64,000 bases of DNA from positions 101,618,001-101,682,000 of the forward strand of contig OZ024744.1 of the NCBI GenBank assembly GCA_964016885.1. The letters run 5' to 3'. The position numbers and the translations under genes were made by a program. The DNA is from Eledone cirrhosa. Taxonomy: Eukaryota. The notes under the pieces were generated by a model, which did no database searches, had not been told where the DNA came from, and was given only the letters and a program-made list of their open reading frames with translations. Positions 11,724 to 24,143 of the stretch are shown one piece after another (position 1 is the stretch's first letter; every line of letters starts with the position of its first letter).

Positions 11724-13408
11724 TTGTTTATTGTTGGTTTCTTTATTGTTGGCTTTGTTTATTGTTGGTATTGTTTAGTATTGGCTTTGTTTATTGTGGG
11801 TTTGTTTATTGTTGGCTTTGTTTATTTTTGGTTTTTTATTGTTGGTTTTGTTTATTGTTGTTTTGTTTATTGTTGGTATGTTTATTGTTTTTTTTTATTT
11901 TTGGTTTGTTTATTGTTGGCTTTGTTTATTATTGGTTTGTTTATTATTGGTTTGTTTATTGTTGGTATTTTTATTGTTGGTTTGTTTATTATTGGCTTTG
12001 TTTATTGTTGGTTTGTTTATTGTTGGCTTTGTTTATTGTTGGTTTGTTTATTGTTGGACTTGTTTATTGTTTGTTCGTTTCTTATTGGCTCTGTTTATTG
12101 TTGGTTTGTTTCTTGTTGGCTTTGATTTTTGTTTGTTTCTTTATTGTTGACTTTGTTTATTGTTGCTTGGTTTATTGTTGGTTTGTTTATTGTTGGTTTG
12201 TTTATTGTTGGCTTTGTATATTGTTGGTTTGTTTATTGTTGGCTTTGCTTATTGGTGGTTTGTTTATTGGTGGTTTGTTTATTGTTGGTTTGTTTATTAT
12301 TGGTTTGTTTATTATTGGTTTGTTTATTGTTGGTTTGTTTATTGTTGGTTTCTATATTGTTGGTTTGTTTATTGTTGGTTTGTTTATTGTTGGTTTCTTT
12401 ATTATTGGCTTTGTTTATTGTTGGTTTGTTTATTGTTGGTTTGTTTAGTGTTGGTTTGTTTATTGTTGGTTTGTTTATTGTTGTCTTTTTTTATTGTTGG
12501 TTTGTTTATTGTGGCTTTGTTTATTGTTGACTTTGTTTATTGTTGGTTTGTTTAATGTTGGCTTTATTTATTGTTGGTTTGTTTATTGTTGGCTTTGTTT
12601 ATTGTGCGATTTTTTATTGTTTTTATTTATTGTTGGTTTGTTTATTGTTGGCTTTTTTTATTGATGGTTTGTTTATTATTGGCTTTGTTTATTGTTGGTT
12701 TGTTTATTGTTGGTTTGTTTATGGTTGGCTTTGTTTATTGTTGGTTTGTTTATTGTTGGTTTGTTTATTATTGGATGTGTTTATTGTTGGTTTGTTTATT
12801 GTTGGCTTTGTTTATTGTTGGTTTGTTTATTGTTGGCTTTGTTTATTGTTGGTTTGTTTATTGTTGGCTTTGTTTATTGTTGGTTTGTTTATTGTTGGTT
12901 TGTTTATTATTGGCTTTGTTTATTGTTGGTTTGTTTATTTTTGGTTTGTTTATTGGTGGCTTTGTTTATTGTTGGTTTGTTTATTGTTGGTTTGTTTATT
13001 TCTGGTTTATTTATTATTGATTTTGTTTATTGGTGGTTTTTTTATTGTTGGCTTTGCTTATTGTTGGTTTGTTTATTGTTGGTTTGTTTATTGTTGGTTT
13101 TTTTTTATTGTTGGTTTGTTTATTGTTGGTTTGTTTATTGTTGGTTTGTTTATTGTTGGTTTTGTTTATTGTTGGTTCGTTTATTGTTCGCTTTGTTTAT
13201 TGTTGGTTTGTTTATTGTTGGCTTTGTTTATTGTTGGCTTTGTTTATTGTTGGTTTGTTTATTATTGGCTTTGTTTATTGTTAGTTTGTTTATTGTTGGC
13301 TTTGTTTATTGTTGGTTTGTTTATTGTTGGCTTTGTTTATCGTTGGTTTGTTAATTATTGTTTTTTTTATTGCTGGTTTGTTTATTGTTGGCTGTGTTTA
13401 TTGTTGTC

Positions 13409-13578
13409 AGTCTAATACTTTACTGTCTATAGTTAGTCTAATACTTTACAGTTTATAGTTAGTCTAACACTTTACACTTCATAGTTAGTCTAATACTATA
13501 GTGTCTATAGTTAGTCTAATACTTTACAGTCTATAGTTAGTCTAATACTTTACTGTCTTTTGAGAAGCTAAATATTAT
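13409..13578 (+). repeat. Short cassette 10 (170 bp); allele following spacer d
   Basis: Matches cassette 1 except TCTTTTGAGA in the SatC stub. Confidence 0.95.
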
Positions 13579-14430
13579 TTGTTTACTATTGGTTTCTTTA
13601 TTGTTGGCTTTGTTTATTGTTGCTTTGTTTATTATTGGCTTTGTTTATTGTGGGTTTGTTCATTGTTGGCTTTGTTTATGTTGGCTTTGTTTATTGTTGG
13701 TTTCTTTATGGTTGGCTTTGTTTATTGTTGTTTTGTTTATTGTTTTTGTTTATTGTTGGTTTGTTTATTGTTGGCATTGTTAATTGTTGGTTTGTTTATT
13801 GTTGGTTTGTTTATTGTTGGTTGGTTTAATGTTGGTTTGTTTATTATTGGCTTTGTTTATTGTTGGTTTGTTTATTGTTGGCTTTGTTTATTGTTAGTTT
13901 CTATATTTTTGGTTTGTTCATTGTTGGTTTGTTTATTGTTGGTTTGTTTATTGTTGGCTTTGTTTATTGTTGGTTTGTTTATTGTTGGTTTGTTTATTGT
14001 TGGTTTGTTTATTGTTGGTTTGTTTATTATTGGTTTGTTTATTGTTGGTTTGTTTATTGTTGCTTTGTTTATTGTTGGTTTGTTTATTGTTGGTTTGTTT
14101 ATTGTTGGTTTGTTTATTGTTGGTTTGTTTATTATTGGCTTTGTTTATTGTTCGTTTGTTTATTTTTGGTTTGTATATTGTTGGCTTTGCTTATTGTTGG
14201 TTTGTTTATTGTTGGTTTGTTTATTGTTGTTTTTTTATTGTTGGTTTGTTTATTGTTGGTTTGTTTATTGTTGGTTTGTTTATTATTGGCTTTGTTTATT
14301 GTTAGTTTGTTTATTGTTGGCTTTGTTTATTGTTGGTTTGTTTATTGTTGGCTTTGTTTATTGTTGGTTTGTTAATTATTGTTTTTTTTCTTTGCTGGTT
14401 TGTTTATTGTTGGCTTTGTTTATTGTTGTC

Positions 14431-14600
14431 AGTCTAATACTTTACTGTCTATAGTCAGTCTAATACTTCACAGTTTATAGTTAGTCTAATACTTTACAGT
14501 TCATAGTTAGTCTAATACTATAGTGTCTATAGTTAGTCTAATACTTTACAGTCTATAGTTAGTCTAATACTTTACTGTCTTATGAGAAACTAAATATTAT
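14431..14600 (+). repeat. Short cassette 11 (170 bp); allele following spacer a
   Basis: Matches cassette 2 except GAGAAACT in the SatC stub. Confidence 0.95.
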
Positions 14601-16618
14601 TTGTTTACTATTGGTTTCTTTATTGTTGGCTTTGTTTATTGTTGCTTTGTTTATTATTGACTTTGTTTATTGTGGGTTTGTTTATTGTTTTTGTTTATTG
14701 TTGGTTTGTTTATTGTTGGCTTTGTTAATTGTTGGTTTGTTTATTGTTGGTTTGTTTATTGTTGGTTTGTTTAATGTTGGTTTGTTTATTATTGGCTTTG
14801 TTTATTGTTGGTTTGTTTATTGTTGGCTTTGTTTATTGTTAGTTTCTATATTGTTGGTTTGTTTATTGTTGGTTTGTTTATTGTTGGTTTGTTTATTGTT
14901 GGCTTTGTTTATTGTTGGTTTGTTTATTGTTGGTTTGTTTATTGTTGGTTTGTTTATTGTTGGTTTGTTTATTATTGGTTTCTTTATTGTTAGTTTGTTT
15001 ATTGTTGCTTTGTTTATTATTGGCTTTGTTTATTGTTGGTTTGTTTATTGTTGGCTTTGTTTATTGTTGGTTTGGTTATTGTTGCCTATGTTTATTGTTG
15101 GTTTGTTTATTGTTGGACTTGTTTATTGTTTGTTTCTTATTGGCTCTGTTTATTGTTGGTTTGTTTCTTGTTGGCTTTGATTATTGTTTGTTTTTTTATT
15201 GTTGGCTTTGTTTATTGTTGGTTGGTTTATTGTTGGTTTGTTTATTGTTGGTTTGTTTATTGTTGGCTTTGTATATTGTTGGTTTCTTTATTGTTGGCTT
15301 TGTTGATTGTTGGTTTGTTTACTGGTGGTTTGTTTATTGTTGGTTTGTTTATTATTGGTTTGTTTATTATTGGTTTGTTTATTGTTGGTTTGTTTATTGT
15401 TGGTTTCTATATTGTTGGTTTGTTTATTGTTGGATTGTTTATTGTAGGTTTGTTTATTGTTGGTTTGTTTATTGTTAATATGTTTATTGTTGGCTTTGTT
15501 TATTGCTGATTTGTTTATTGTTGGTTTGTTTATTATTGGCCTTGTTTATTGTTGGTTTGTTTAATGTTGGTTTCTTTAGTGTTGGTTTGTTTATTGTTGG
15601 TTTGTTTATTGTTGTCTTTGTTTATTGTTGGTTTGTTTATTGTGGCTTTGTTTATTGTTGACTTTGTTTATTGTTGGTTTGTTTATTGTTGGCTTTGTTT
15701 ATTGTTGGTCTGTTTATTGTTGGTTTGTTTATTGTTGGTTTTTTTATGGTTGGCTTTGTTTATTGTTGGTTTGTTTATTGTTGGTTTGTTTATTGTTGTC
15801 TTTGTTTATTGTTGGTTTGTTTATTGTGGCTTTGTTTATTGTTGACTTTGTTTATTGTTGGTTTGTTTATTGTTGGCTTTGTTTATTGTTGGTTTGTTTA
15901 TTGTTGGCTTTGTTTATTCTTGGCTTGGTTATTGTTGGTTTCTTTATTATTGGCTTTGTTTATTGCTGGTTTGTTTATTGTTGGTTTGTTTATTGTTGGC
16001 TTTGTTTATTGTTGGTTTGTTTATTTCTTGTTTATTTATTATTGATTTTGTTTTTTGTTGGTTTGTTTATTGTAGGTTTGTTTATTGTTGGTTTTTTTAT
16101 TGTTGGTTTGTTTATTGTTGGTTTGTTTATTGTTGGTTTGTTTATTGTTGGTTTTGTTTATTGTTAGTTTGTTTATTGTTCGCTTTGTTTATTGTTGGTT
16201 TGTTTATTGTTGGCTTTGTTTATTGTTGGCTTTGTTTATTGTTGGTTTGTTTATTGTTCGCTTTGTTTATTGTTGGTTTGTTTATTGTTGGCTTTTTTTT
16301 ATTGTTGGTTTGTTTATTGTTGTCTTTGTTTATTGTTGGTTTGTTTATTGTTGGTTTGTTTATTGTTAGTTTGTTTATTGTTGGCTTTGTTTATTGTTGG
16401 TTTGTTTATTATTCGCTTTGTTTATTGTTGGTTTGTTTATTGTTGGCTTTGTTTATTGTTGGTTTGTATATTATTGGCTTTGTTTATTGTTAGTTTGTTT
16501 ATTGTTGGCTTTGTTTATTGTTGGTTTGTTTATTGTTGCCTTTGTTTATTGTTGGTTTGTTAATTATTGTTTTTTTTCATTGCTGGTTTGTTTATTGTTG
16601 GCTTTGTTTATTGTTGTC

Positions 16619-16788
16619 AGTTTAATACTTTACTGTCTATAGTTAGTCTAATACTTTACAGTTTATAGTTAGTGTAATACTTTACAGTTCATAGTTAGTC
16701 TAATACTATAGTGTCTATAGTTAGTCTAATACTTTACAGTCTATAGTTAGTCTAATACTTTACTGTCTTATGAGAAGCTAAATATTAT
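16619..16788 (+). repeat. Short cassette 12 (170 bp); fifth allele
   Basis: Diagnostic AGTTTAATAC in the first unit and AGTGTAATAC in the third. Confidence 0.95.
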
Positions 16789-19700
16789 TTGTTTACTATT
16801 GGTTTCTTTATTGTTGGCTTTGTTTATTGTTGCTTTGTTTATTATTGGCTTTGTTTATTGTGGGTTTGTTTATTGTTGGCTTTGTTTATTTTTGGTTTGT
16901 TTATGGTTGGCTTTGTTTATTGTTGTTTTGTTTATTGTTTTTGTTTATTGTTGGTTTGTTTATTGTTGGCTTTGTTAATTGTTGGTTTGTTTATTGTTGG
17001 TTTGTTTATTGTTGGTTTGTTTATTGTTGGTTTGTTTATTGTTTGTTTGTTTATAGTTGGTTTGTTTATTATTGGTTTGTTTATTGTTGGTTTGTTTATT
17101 GTTGCTTTGTTTATTATTGGCTTTGTTTATTGTTGGTTTGTTTATTGTTGGCTTTGTTTATTGTTGGTTTGTTTATTGTTGCCTATGTTTATTGTTGGTT
17201 TGTTTATTGTTGGCTTTGTTTATTGTTAGTTTCTATATTGTTGGTTTGTTTATTGTTGGTTTGTTTATTGTTGGTTTGTTTATTGTTGGCTTTGTTTATT
17301 GTTGGTTTGTTTATTGTTGGCTTTGTTTATTGTTAGTTTCTATATTGTTGGTTTGTTTATTGTTGGTTTGTTTATTGTTGGTTTGTTTATTGTTGGCTTT
17401 GTTTATTGTTGGTTTGTTTATTGTTGGTTTGTTTATTGTTGGTTTGTTTATTGTTGGTTTGTTTATTATTGGTTTGTTTATTGTTGGTTTGTTTATTGTT
17501 GCTTTGTTTATTATTGGCTTTGTTTATTGTTGGTTTGTTTATTGGTGGCTTTGTTTATTGTTGGTTTGTTTATTGTTGCCTAAGTTTATTGTTGGTTTGT
17601 TTATTGTTGGACTTGTTTATTGTTGGTTTGTTTCTTGTTGGCTTTGATTATTGCTTGTTTCTTTATTGTTGGCTTTGTTTATTGTTGGTTGGTTTATTGT
17701 TGGTTTGTTTATTGTTTGTTTCTTATTGGCTCTGTTTATTGTTGGTTTGTTTCTTGTTGGCTTTGATTATTGTTTGTTTCTTTATTGTTGGCTTTGTTTA
17801 TTGTTGGTTGGTTTATTGTTGGTTTGTTTATTGTTGGTTTGTTTATTGTTGGCTTTGTATATTGTTGGTTTCTTTATTGTTGGCTTTGTTGATTGTTGGT
17901 TTGCTTATTGGTGGTTTGTTTATTGTTGGTTTGTTTATTATTGGTTTGTTTATTATTGGTTTGTTTATTGTTGGTTTGTTTATTGTTGGTTTCTATACTG
18001 TTGGTTTGTTTATTGTTGGATTGTTTATTGTATGTTTGTTTATTGTTGGTTTGTTTATTGTTAATATGTTTATTGTTGGCTTTGTTTATTGCTGATTTGT
18101 TTATTGTTGGTTTGTTTATTATTGGCCTTGTTTATTGTTGGTTTGTTTATTGTTGGTTTCTTTAGTGTTGGTTTGTTTATTGTTGGTTTGTTTATTGTTG
18201 TCTTTGTTTATTGTTGGTTTGTTTATTGTGGCTTTGTTTATTGTTGACTTTGTTTATTGTTGGTTTGTTTATTGTTGGCTTTGTTTATTGTTGGTTTGTT
18301 TATTGTTGGCTTTGTTTATTGTTGGGTTGTTTATTATTGGCTTTGTTTATTGTTGGTTTGTTTATTGTTGGTTTTTTTATGGTTGGCTTTGTTTATTGTT
18401 GGTTTGTTTATTGTTGGTTTGTTTATTATTGGATGTGTTTATTGTTGGTTTGTTTATTGTTGGCTTTCTTTATTGTTGGTTTGGTTATTGTTGGTTTCTT
18501 TATTATTGGCTTTGTTTATTGTTGGCTTTGTTTATTGTTGGTTTGTTTATTGTTGGCTTTGTTTATTGTTGGCTTTGTTTATTGTTGGTTTGTTTATTAC
18601 TGGCTTTGTTTATTGTTGGTTTGTTTATTGTTGGCTTTGTTTATTGTTGGCTTTGTTTATTGTTGGTTTGTTTATTGTTAGTTTGTTTATTGTTGGCTTT
18701 GTTTATTGTTGGCTTTGTTTATTGTTGGTTTGTTTCTTGTTGACTTTGTTTATTGTTGGTTTGTTTATTATTGGCTTTGCTTATTGTTGGTTTTTTTTAT
18801 TGTTGGCTTTGTTTATTGTTGGTTTGTTTATTACTGGCTTTGTTTATTGTTGGTTTGTTTATTGTTGGCTTTGTTTATTGTTGGTTTATTTATTGTTGGC
18901 TTTGTTTATTGTTGGTTTGTTTATTGTTGGTTTGTTTATTGTTGGTTTGGATTATTTTTGGTTTGTTTATTGTCGGCTTTGTTTATTGTTGGTTTGTTTA
19001 TTGTTGCTTTGTTTAATGTTGGGTTTGTTTATTGTTGGTTTGTTTATTGTTGGCTATGTTTATTGTTGGTTTGTTTATTGTTGGCTTTGTTTATTATTGG
19101 CTTTGTTTATTGTAGGTTTGTTTATTGTTGGTTTGTTTATTGTTAATATGTTTATTGTTGGCTTTGTTTATTGCTGATTTGTTTATTGTTGGTTTGTTTA
19201 TTATTGGCCTTGTTTATTGTTGGTTTGTTTATTGTTGGTTTGTTTAGTGTTGGTTTGTTTATTGTTGGTTTGTTTATTGTTGTCTTTGTTTATTGTTGGT
19301 TTGTTTATTGTGGCTTTGTTTATTGTTGACTTTGTTTATTGTTGGTTTGTTTATTGTTGGCTTTGTTTATTGTTGGTCTGTTTATTATTGGCTTTGTTTA
19401 TTGTTGGGTTGTTCATTATTGCCTTTGTTTATTGTTGGTTTGTTTATTGTTGGTTTTTTTATGGTTGGCTTTGTTTATTGTTGGTTTGTTTATTGTTGGT
19501 TTGTTTATTGTTGTCTTTGTTTATTGTTGGTTTGTTTATTGTGGCTTTGTTTATTGTTGACTTTGTTTATTGTTGGTTTGTTTATTGTTGGCTTTGTTTA
19601 TTGTTGGTTTGTTTATTGTTGGCTTTGTTTATTGTTGGCTTGGTTATTGTTGGTTTCTTTATTATTGGCTTTGTTTATTGCTGGTTTGTTTATTGTTGGT

Positions 19701-20333
19701 TTGTTTATTGTTGGCTTTGTTTATTGTTGGTTTGTTTATTTCTTGTTTATTTATTATTGATTTTGTTTTTTGTTGGTTTGTTTATTGTAGGTTTGTTTAT
19801 TGTTGGTTTTTTTATTGTTGGTTTGTTTATTGTTGGTTTGTTTATTGTTGGTTTGTTTATTGTTGGTTTTGTTTATTGTTAGTTTGTTTATTGTTCGCTT
19901 TGTTTATTGTTGGTTTGTTTATTGTTGGCTTTGTTTATTGTTGGCTTTGTTTATTGTTGGTTTGTTTATTGTTCGCTTTGTTTATTGTTGGTTTGTTTAT
20001 TGTTGGCTTTTTTTTTATTGTTGGTTTGTTTATTGTTGTCTTTGTTTATTGTTGGTTTGTTTATTGTTGGTTTGTTTATTGTTAGTTTGTTTATTGTTGG
20101 CTTTGTTTATTGTTGGTTTGTTTATTATTCGCTTTGTTTATTGTTGGTTTGTTTATTGTTGGCTTTGTTTATTGTTGGTTTGTATATTATTGGCTTTGTT
20201 ATTGTTAGTTTGTTTATTGTTGGCTTTGTTTATTGTTGGTTTGTTTATTGTTGGCTTTGTTTATTGTTGGTTTGTTAATTATTGTTTTTTTTCATTGCTG
20301 GTTTGTTTATTGTTGGCTTTGTTTATTGTTGTC

Positions 20334-20503
20334 AGTTTAATACTTTACTGTCTATAGTTAGTCTAATACTTTACAGTTTATAGTTAGTGTAATACTTTAC
20401 AGTTCATAGTTAGTCTAATACTATAGTGTCTATAGTTAGTCTAATACTTTACAGTCTATAGTTAGTCTAATACTTTACTGTCTTATGAGAAGCTAAATAT
20501 TAT
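20334..20503 (+). repeat. Short cassette 13 (170 bp); fifth allele, last short cassette
   Basis: Matches cassette 12 at offset 3715. Confidence 0.95.
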
Positions 20504-23500
20504 TTGTTTACTATTGGTTTCTTTATTGTTGGCTTTGTTTATTGTTGCTTTGTTTATTATTGGCTTTGTTTATTGTGGGTTTGTTTATTGTTGGCTTTGT
20601 TTATTTTTGGTTTGTTTATGGTTGGCTTTGTTTATTGTTGTTTTGTTTATTGTTTTTGTTTATTGTTGGTTTGTTTATTGTTGGCTTTGTTAATTGTTGG
20701 TTTGTTTATTGTTGGTTTGTTTATTGTTGGTTTGTTTATTGTTGGTTTGTTTATTGTTTGTTTGTTTATAGTTGGTTTGTTTATTATTGGTTTGTTTATT
20801 GTTGGTTTGTTTATTGTTGCTTTGTTTATTATTGGCTTTGTTTATTGTTGGTTTGTTTATTGTTGGCTTTGTTTATTGTTGGTTTGTTTATTGTTGCCTA
20901 TGTTTATTGTTGGTTTGTTTATTGTTGGCTTTGTTTATTGTTAGTTTCTATATTGTTGGTTTGTTTATTGTTGGTTTGTTTATTGTTGGTTTGTTTATTG
21001 TTGGCTTTGTTTATTGTTGGTTTGTTTATTGTTGGCTTTGTTTATTGTTAGTTTCTATATTGTTGGTTTGTTTATTGTTGGTTTGTTTATTGTTGGTTTG
21101 TTTATTGTTGGCTTTGTTTATTGTTGGTTTGTTTATTGTTGGTTTGTTTATTGTTGGTTTGTTTATTGTTGGTTTGTTTATTATTGGTTTGTTTATTGTT
21201 GGTTTGTTTATTGTTGCTTTGTTTATTATTGGCTTTGTTTATTGTTGGTTTGTTTATTGGTGGCTTTGTTTATTGTTGGTTTGTTTATTGTTGCCTAAGT
21301 TTATTGTTGGTTTGTTTATTGTTGGACTTGTTTATTGTTGGTTTGTTTATTGTTAATATGTTTATTGTTGGCTTTGTTTATTGCTGATTTGTTTATTGTT
21401 GGTTTGTTTATTATTGGCCTTGTTTATTGTTGGTTTGTTTATTGTTGGTTTCTTTAGTGTTGGTTTGTTTATTGTTGGTTTGTTTATTGTTGTCTTTGTT
21501 TATTGTTGGTTTGTTTATTGTGGCTTTGTTTATTGTTGACTTTGTTTATTGTTGGTTTGTTTATTGTTGGCTTTGTTTATTGTTGGTTTGTTTATTGTTG
21601 GCTTTGTTTATTGTTGGGTTGTTTATTATTGGCTTTGTTTATTGTTGGTTTGTTTATTGTTGGTTTTTTTATGGTTGGCTTTGTTTATTGTTGGTTTGTT
21701 TATTGTTGGTTTGTTTATTATTGGATGTGTTTATTGTTGGTTTGTTTATTGTTGGCTTTCTTTATTGTTGGTTTGGTTATTGTTGGTTTCATTATTATTG
21801 GCTTTGTTTATTGTTGGCTTTGTTTATTGTTGGTTTGTTTATTGTTGGCTTTGTTTATTGTTGGCTTTGTTTATTGTTGGTTTGTTTATTACTGGCTTTG
21901 TTTATTGTTGGTTTGTTTATTGTTGGCTTTGTTTATTGTTGGCTTTGTTTATTGTTGGTTTGTTTATTGTTAGTTTGTTTATTGTTGGCTTTGTTTATTG
22001 TTGGCTTTGTTTATTGTTGGTTTGTTTCTTGTTGACTTTGTTTATTGTTGGTTTGTTTATTATTGGCTTTGCTTATTGTTGGTTTGTTTATTGTTGGCTT
22101 TGTTTATTGTTGGTTTGTTTATTACTGGCTTTGTTTATTGTTGGTTTGTTTATTGTTGGCTTTGTTTATTGTTGGTTTATTTATTGTTGGTTTGTTTATT
22201 GTTGGCTTTGTTTATTGTTGGTTTGTTTATTGTTGGCTTTGTGTATTGTTGGTTTGTTTATTGATGGCTTTGTTTATTGTTGGTTTGTTTATTGTTGGTT
22301 TGTTTATTGTTGGTTTTGATTATTTTTGGTTTGTTTATTGTCGGCTTTGTTTATTGTTGGTTTGTTTATTGTTGGCTTTGTTTATTATTGGCTTTGTTTA
22401 TTGTTGGTTTGTTTATTGTTGGTTTGTTTATTGTTGGTTTGTTTATTGTTGGTTTGTTTATTGTTGGCTTTGTTCATTGTTGGCTTTGTTTATTGCTGGC
22501 TTTGTATAAAGTAAGTTTGTTTATTGTTGGCTTAGTTTATTTTTGGTTTGTTTATTGTTGGCTTTGTTTATTGTTGATTTGTTTATTGTTGGCTTTTTTT
22601 ATTGTTGGTTTGTTTATTGTTGGCTTTCTTTATTGTTGGTTTGTTTATTGTTGGTTTGTTTATTGTTGGCTTTGTTTATTGTTGGTTTGTTTATTGTTGG
22701 CTTTGTTTCTGGTTGGTTTTTTATTATTGGCTTTGTTTATTTTTGTTTTGTTTATTGTTGGCTTTGTATATTTTTGGTTTGTTTATATACTGGCTTTGTT
22801 TATTGTTGGTTTGTTTATTTTTGGCTTTGTTTATAGTTGGTTTGTTTATTGTTGGTTTGTTTATTGTTGGCTTTGTTTATTGTTGGTTTGTTTATTGCTG
22901 GCTTTGTTTAATGTTAGTTTGTTTATTGTTGGCTTTGTTTATTTTTTGTTTGTTTATTGTTGGCTTTGTTTATTGTTGGTTTGTTTATTGTTGGTTTGTT
23001 TATTGTTGGCTTTGTGTATTGTTGGTTTGTTTATTGTTCGCTTTCTTTATTGTTGGTTTGTTTATTATTGGCTTTGTTTATTGTTGGTTTGTTTATTGTT
23101 GGCTTTGTTTATTGTTGGTTTGTTTATTGTTGGCTTTGTTTATTGCTGGTTTGTTTATTGTTGGCTTCGTTTATTGTTGGTTTGTTTATTATTGGCTTTA
23201 ATTATTGTTGGTTTGTCTATTGTTGGCTTTGTTTATTGTTGGTTTGTTTATTGTTGGCTTTGTTTATTGTTGGTTTGTTTATTGTTGGCTTTGTTTATTA
23301 TGGGTTTGTTTATTGTTGGCTTTTTTATTGTTGGTTTGTTTATTGTTGGCTTTGTTTATTGTTCGTTTGTTTATTGTTGGCTTTGTTTATTGTTGGTTTG
23401 TTTATTGTTGGCTTTGTTTATTTTTGGTTTGTTTATTACTGGCTTTGTTTATTGTTGGTTTGTTTATTGTCGGCTTCGTTTATTGTTGGTTTGTTTATTG

Positions 23501-24143
23501 TTGGCTTTGTTTATTGTTGGCTTTTTTATTGTTGGTTTGTTTATTGTTGGCTTTGTTTATTGTTGGTTTGTTTATTATTGGCTTTGTTTATTGTTGGTTT
23601 CTTTATTGTTGGCTTTGTTTATTGATGGTTTGTTTATTGTTGGCTTCGTTTATTGTTGGTTTGTTTATTGGTGGCTTTGTTTATTGTTGGCTTGTTTATT
23701 GTTGGCTTTGTTTATTGTTGGCTTTGTTTATTGTTGGTTTGTTTATTATTGGCTTTAATTATTGTTGGTTTGTCTATTGTTGGCTTTGTTTATTGTTGGT
23801 TTGTTTATTGTTGGCTTTGTTTATTGTTGCTTTCTTTATTGATGGCTTTGTTTATTGTTGATTTGTTTATAGTCGGTTTGTTTATTGTTGGTTTGTTTAT
23901 TGTTGGCTTTGTTTATTGTTGGTTTCTTTATTGTTGGTTTTGTTTATTGTTGGTTTGTTTATCGTTAGCTTTGTTTAATGTTCCTTTATTTATTGTTAGT
24001 TTTGTTTATTGTTGGTTTCATTATTGTTGGCTTTGTTAATTGTTGGTTTGTTTATTATTGGCTTTGTTTATTGTTGGTTTGTTTATTATTGGCTTTTTTA
24101 TTGCTGGTTTGTTTATCGTTGGCTTTGTTTATTGTTGTCAGTC

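Larger units (their letters stand above)
1..14850 (+). repeat. Higher-order repeat of four cassette+spacer units (a 1022, b 887, c 1754/1844, d 1913/1855 bp), order (d)-a-b-c-d-d-a-b-c-d'-a-b(partial)
   Basis: Cassette spacings and identical translations in the ORF track at 482/7971/13579, 1514/9003 and 2391/9880, and near-identical ones at 4145/6058. Confidence 0.9.
15700..22100 (+). repeat. 3715-bp-period tandem duplication, with a ~423-bp deletion in the second copy
   Basis: Matching offsets 15855/19570, 16619/20334 and 16789/20504 (3715), shifting to 18135/21427 (3292) after ~21350. Ends are approximate. Confidence 0.8.
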
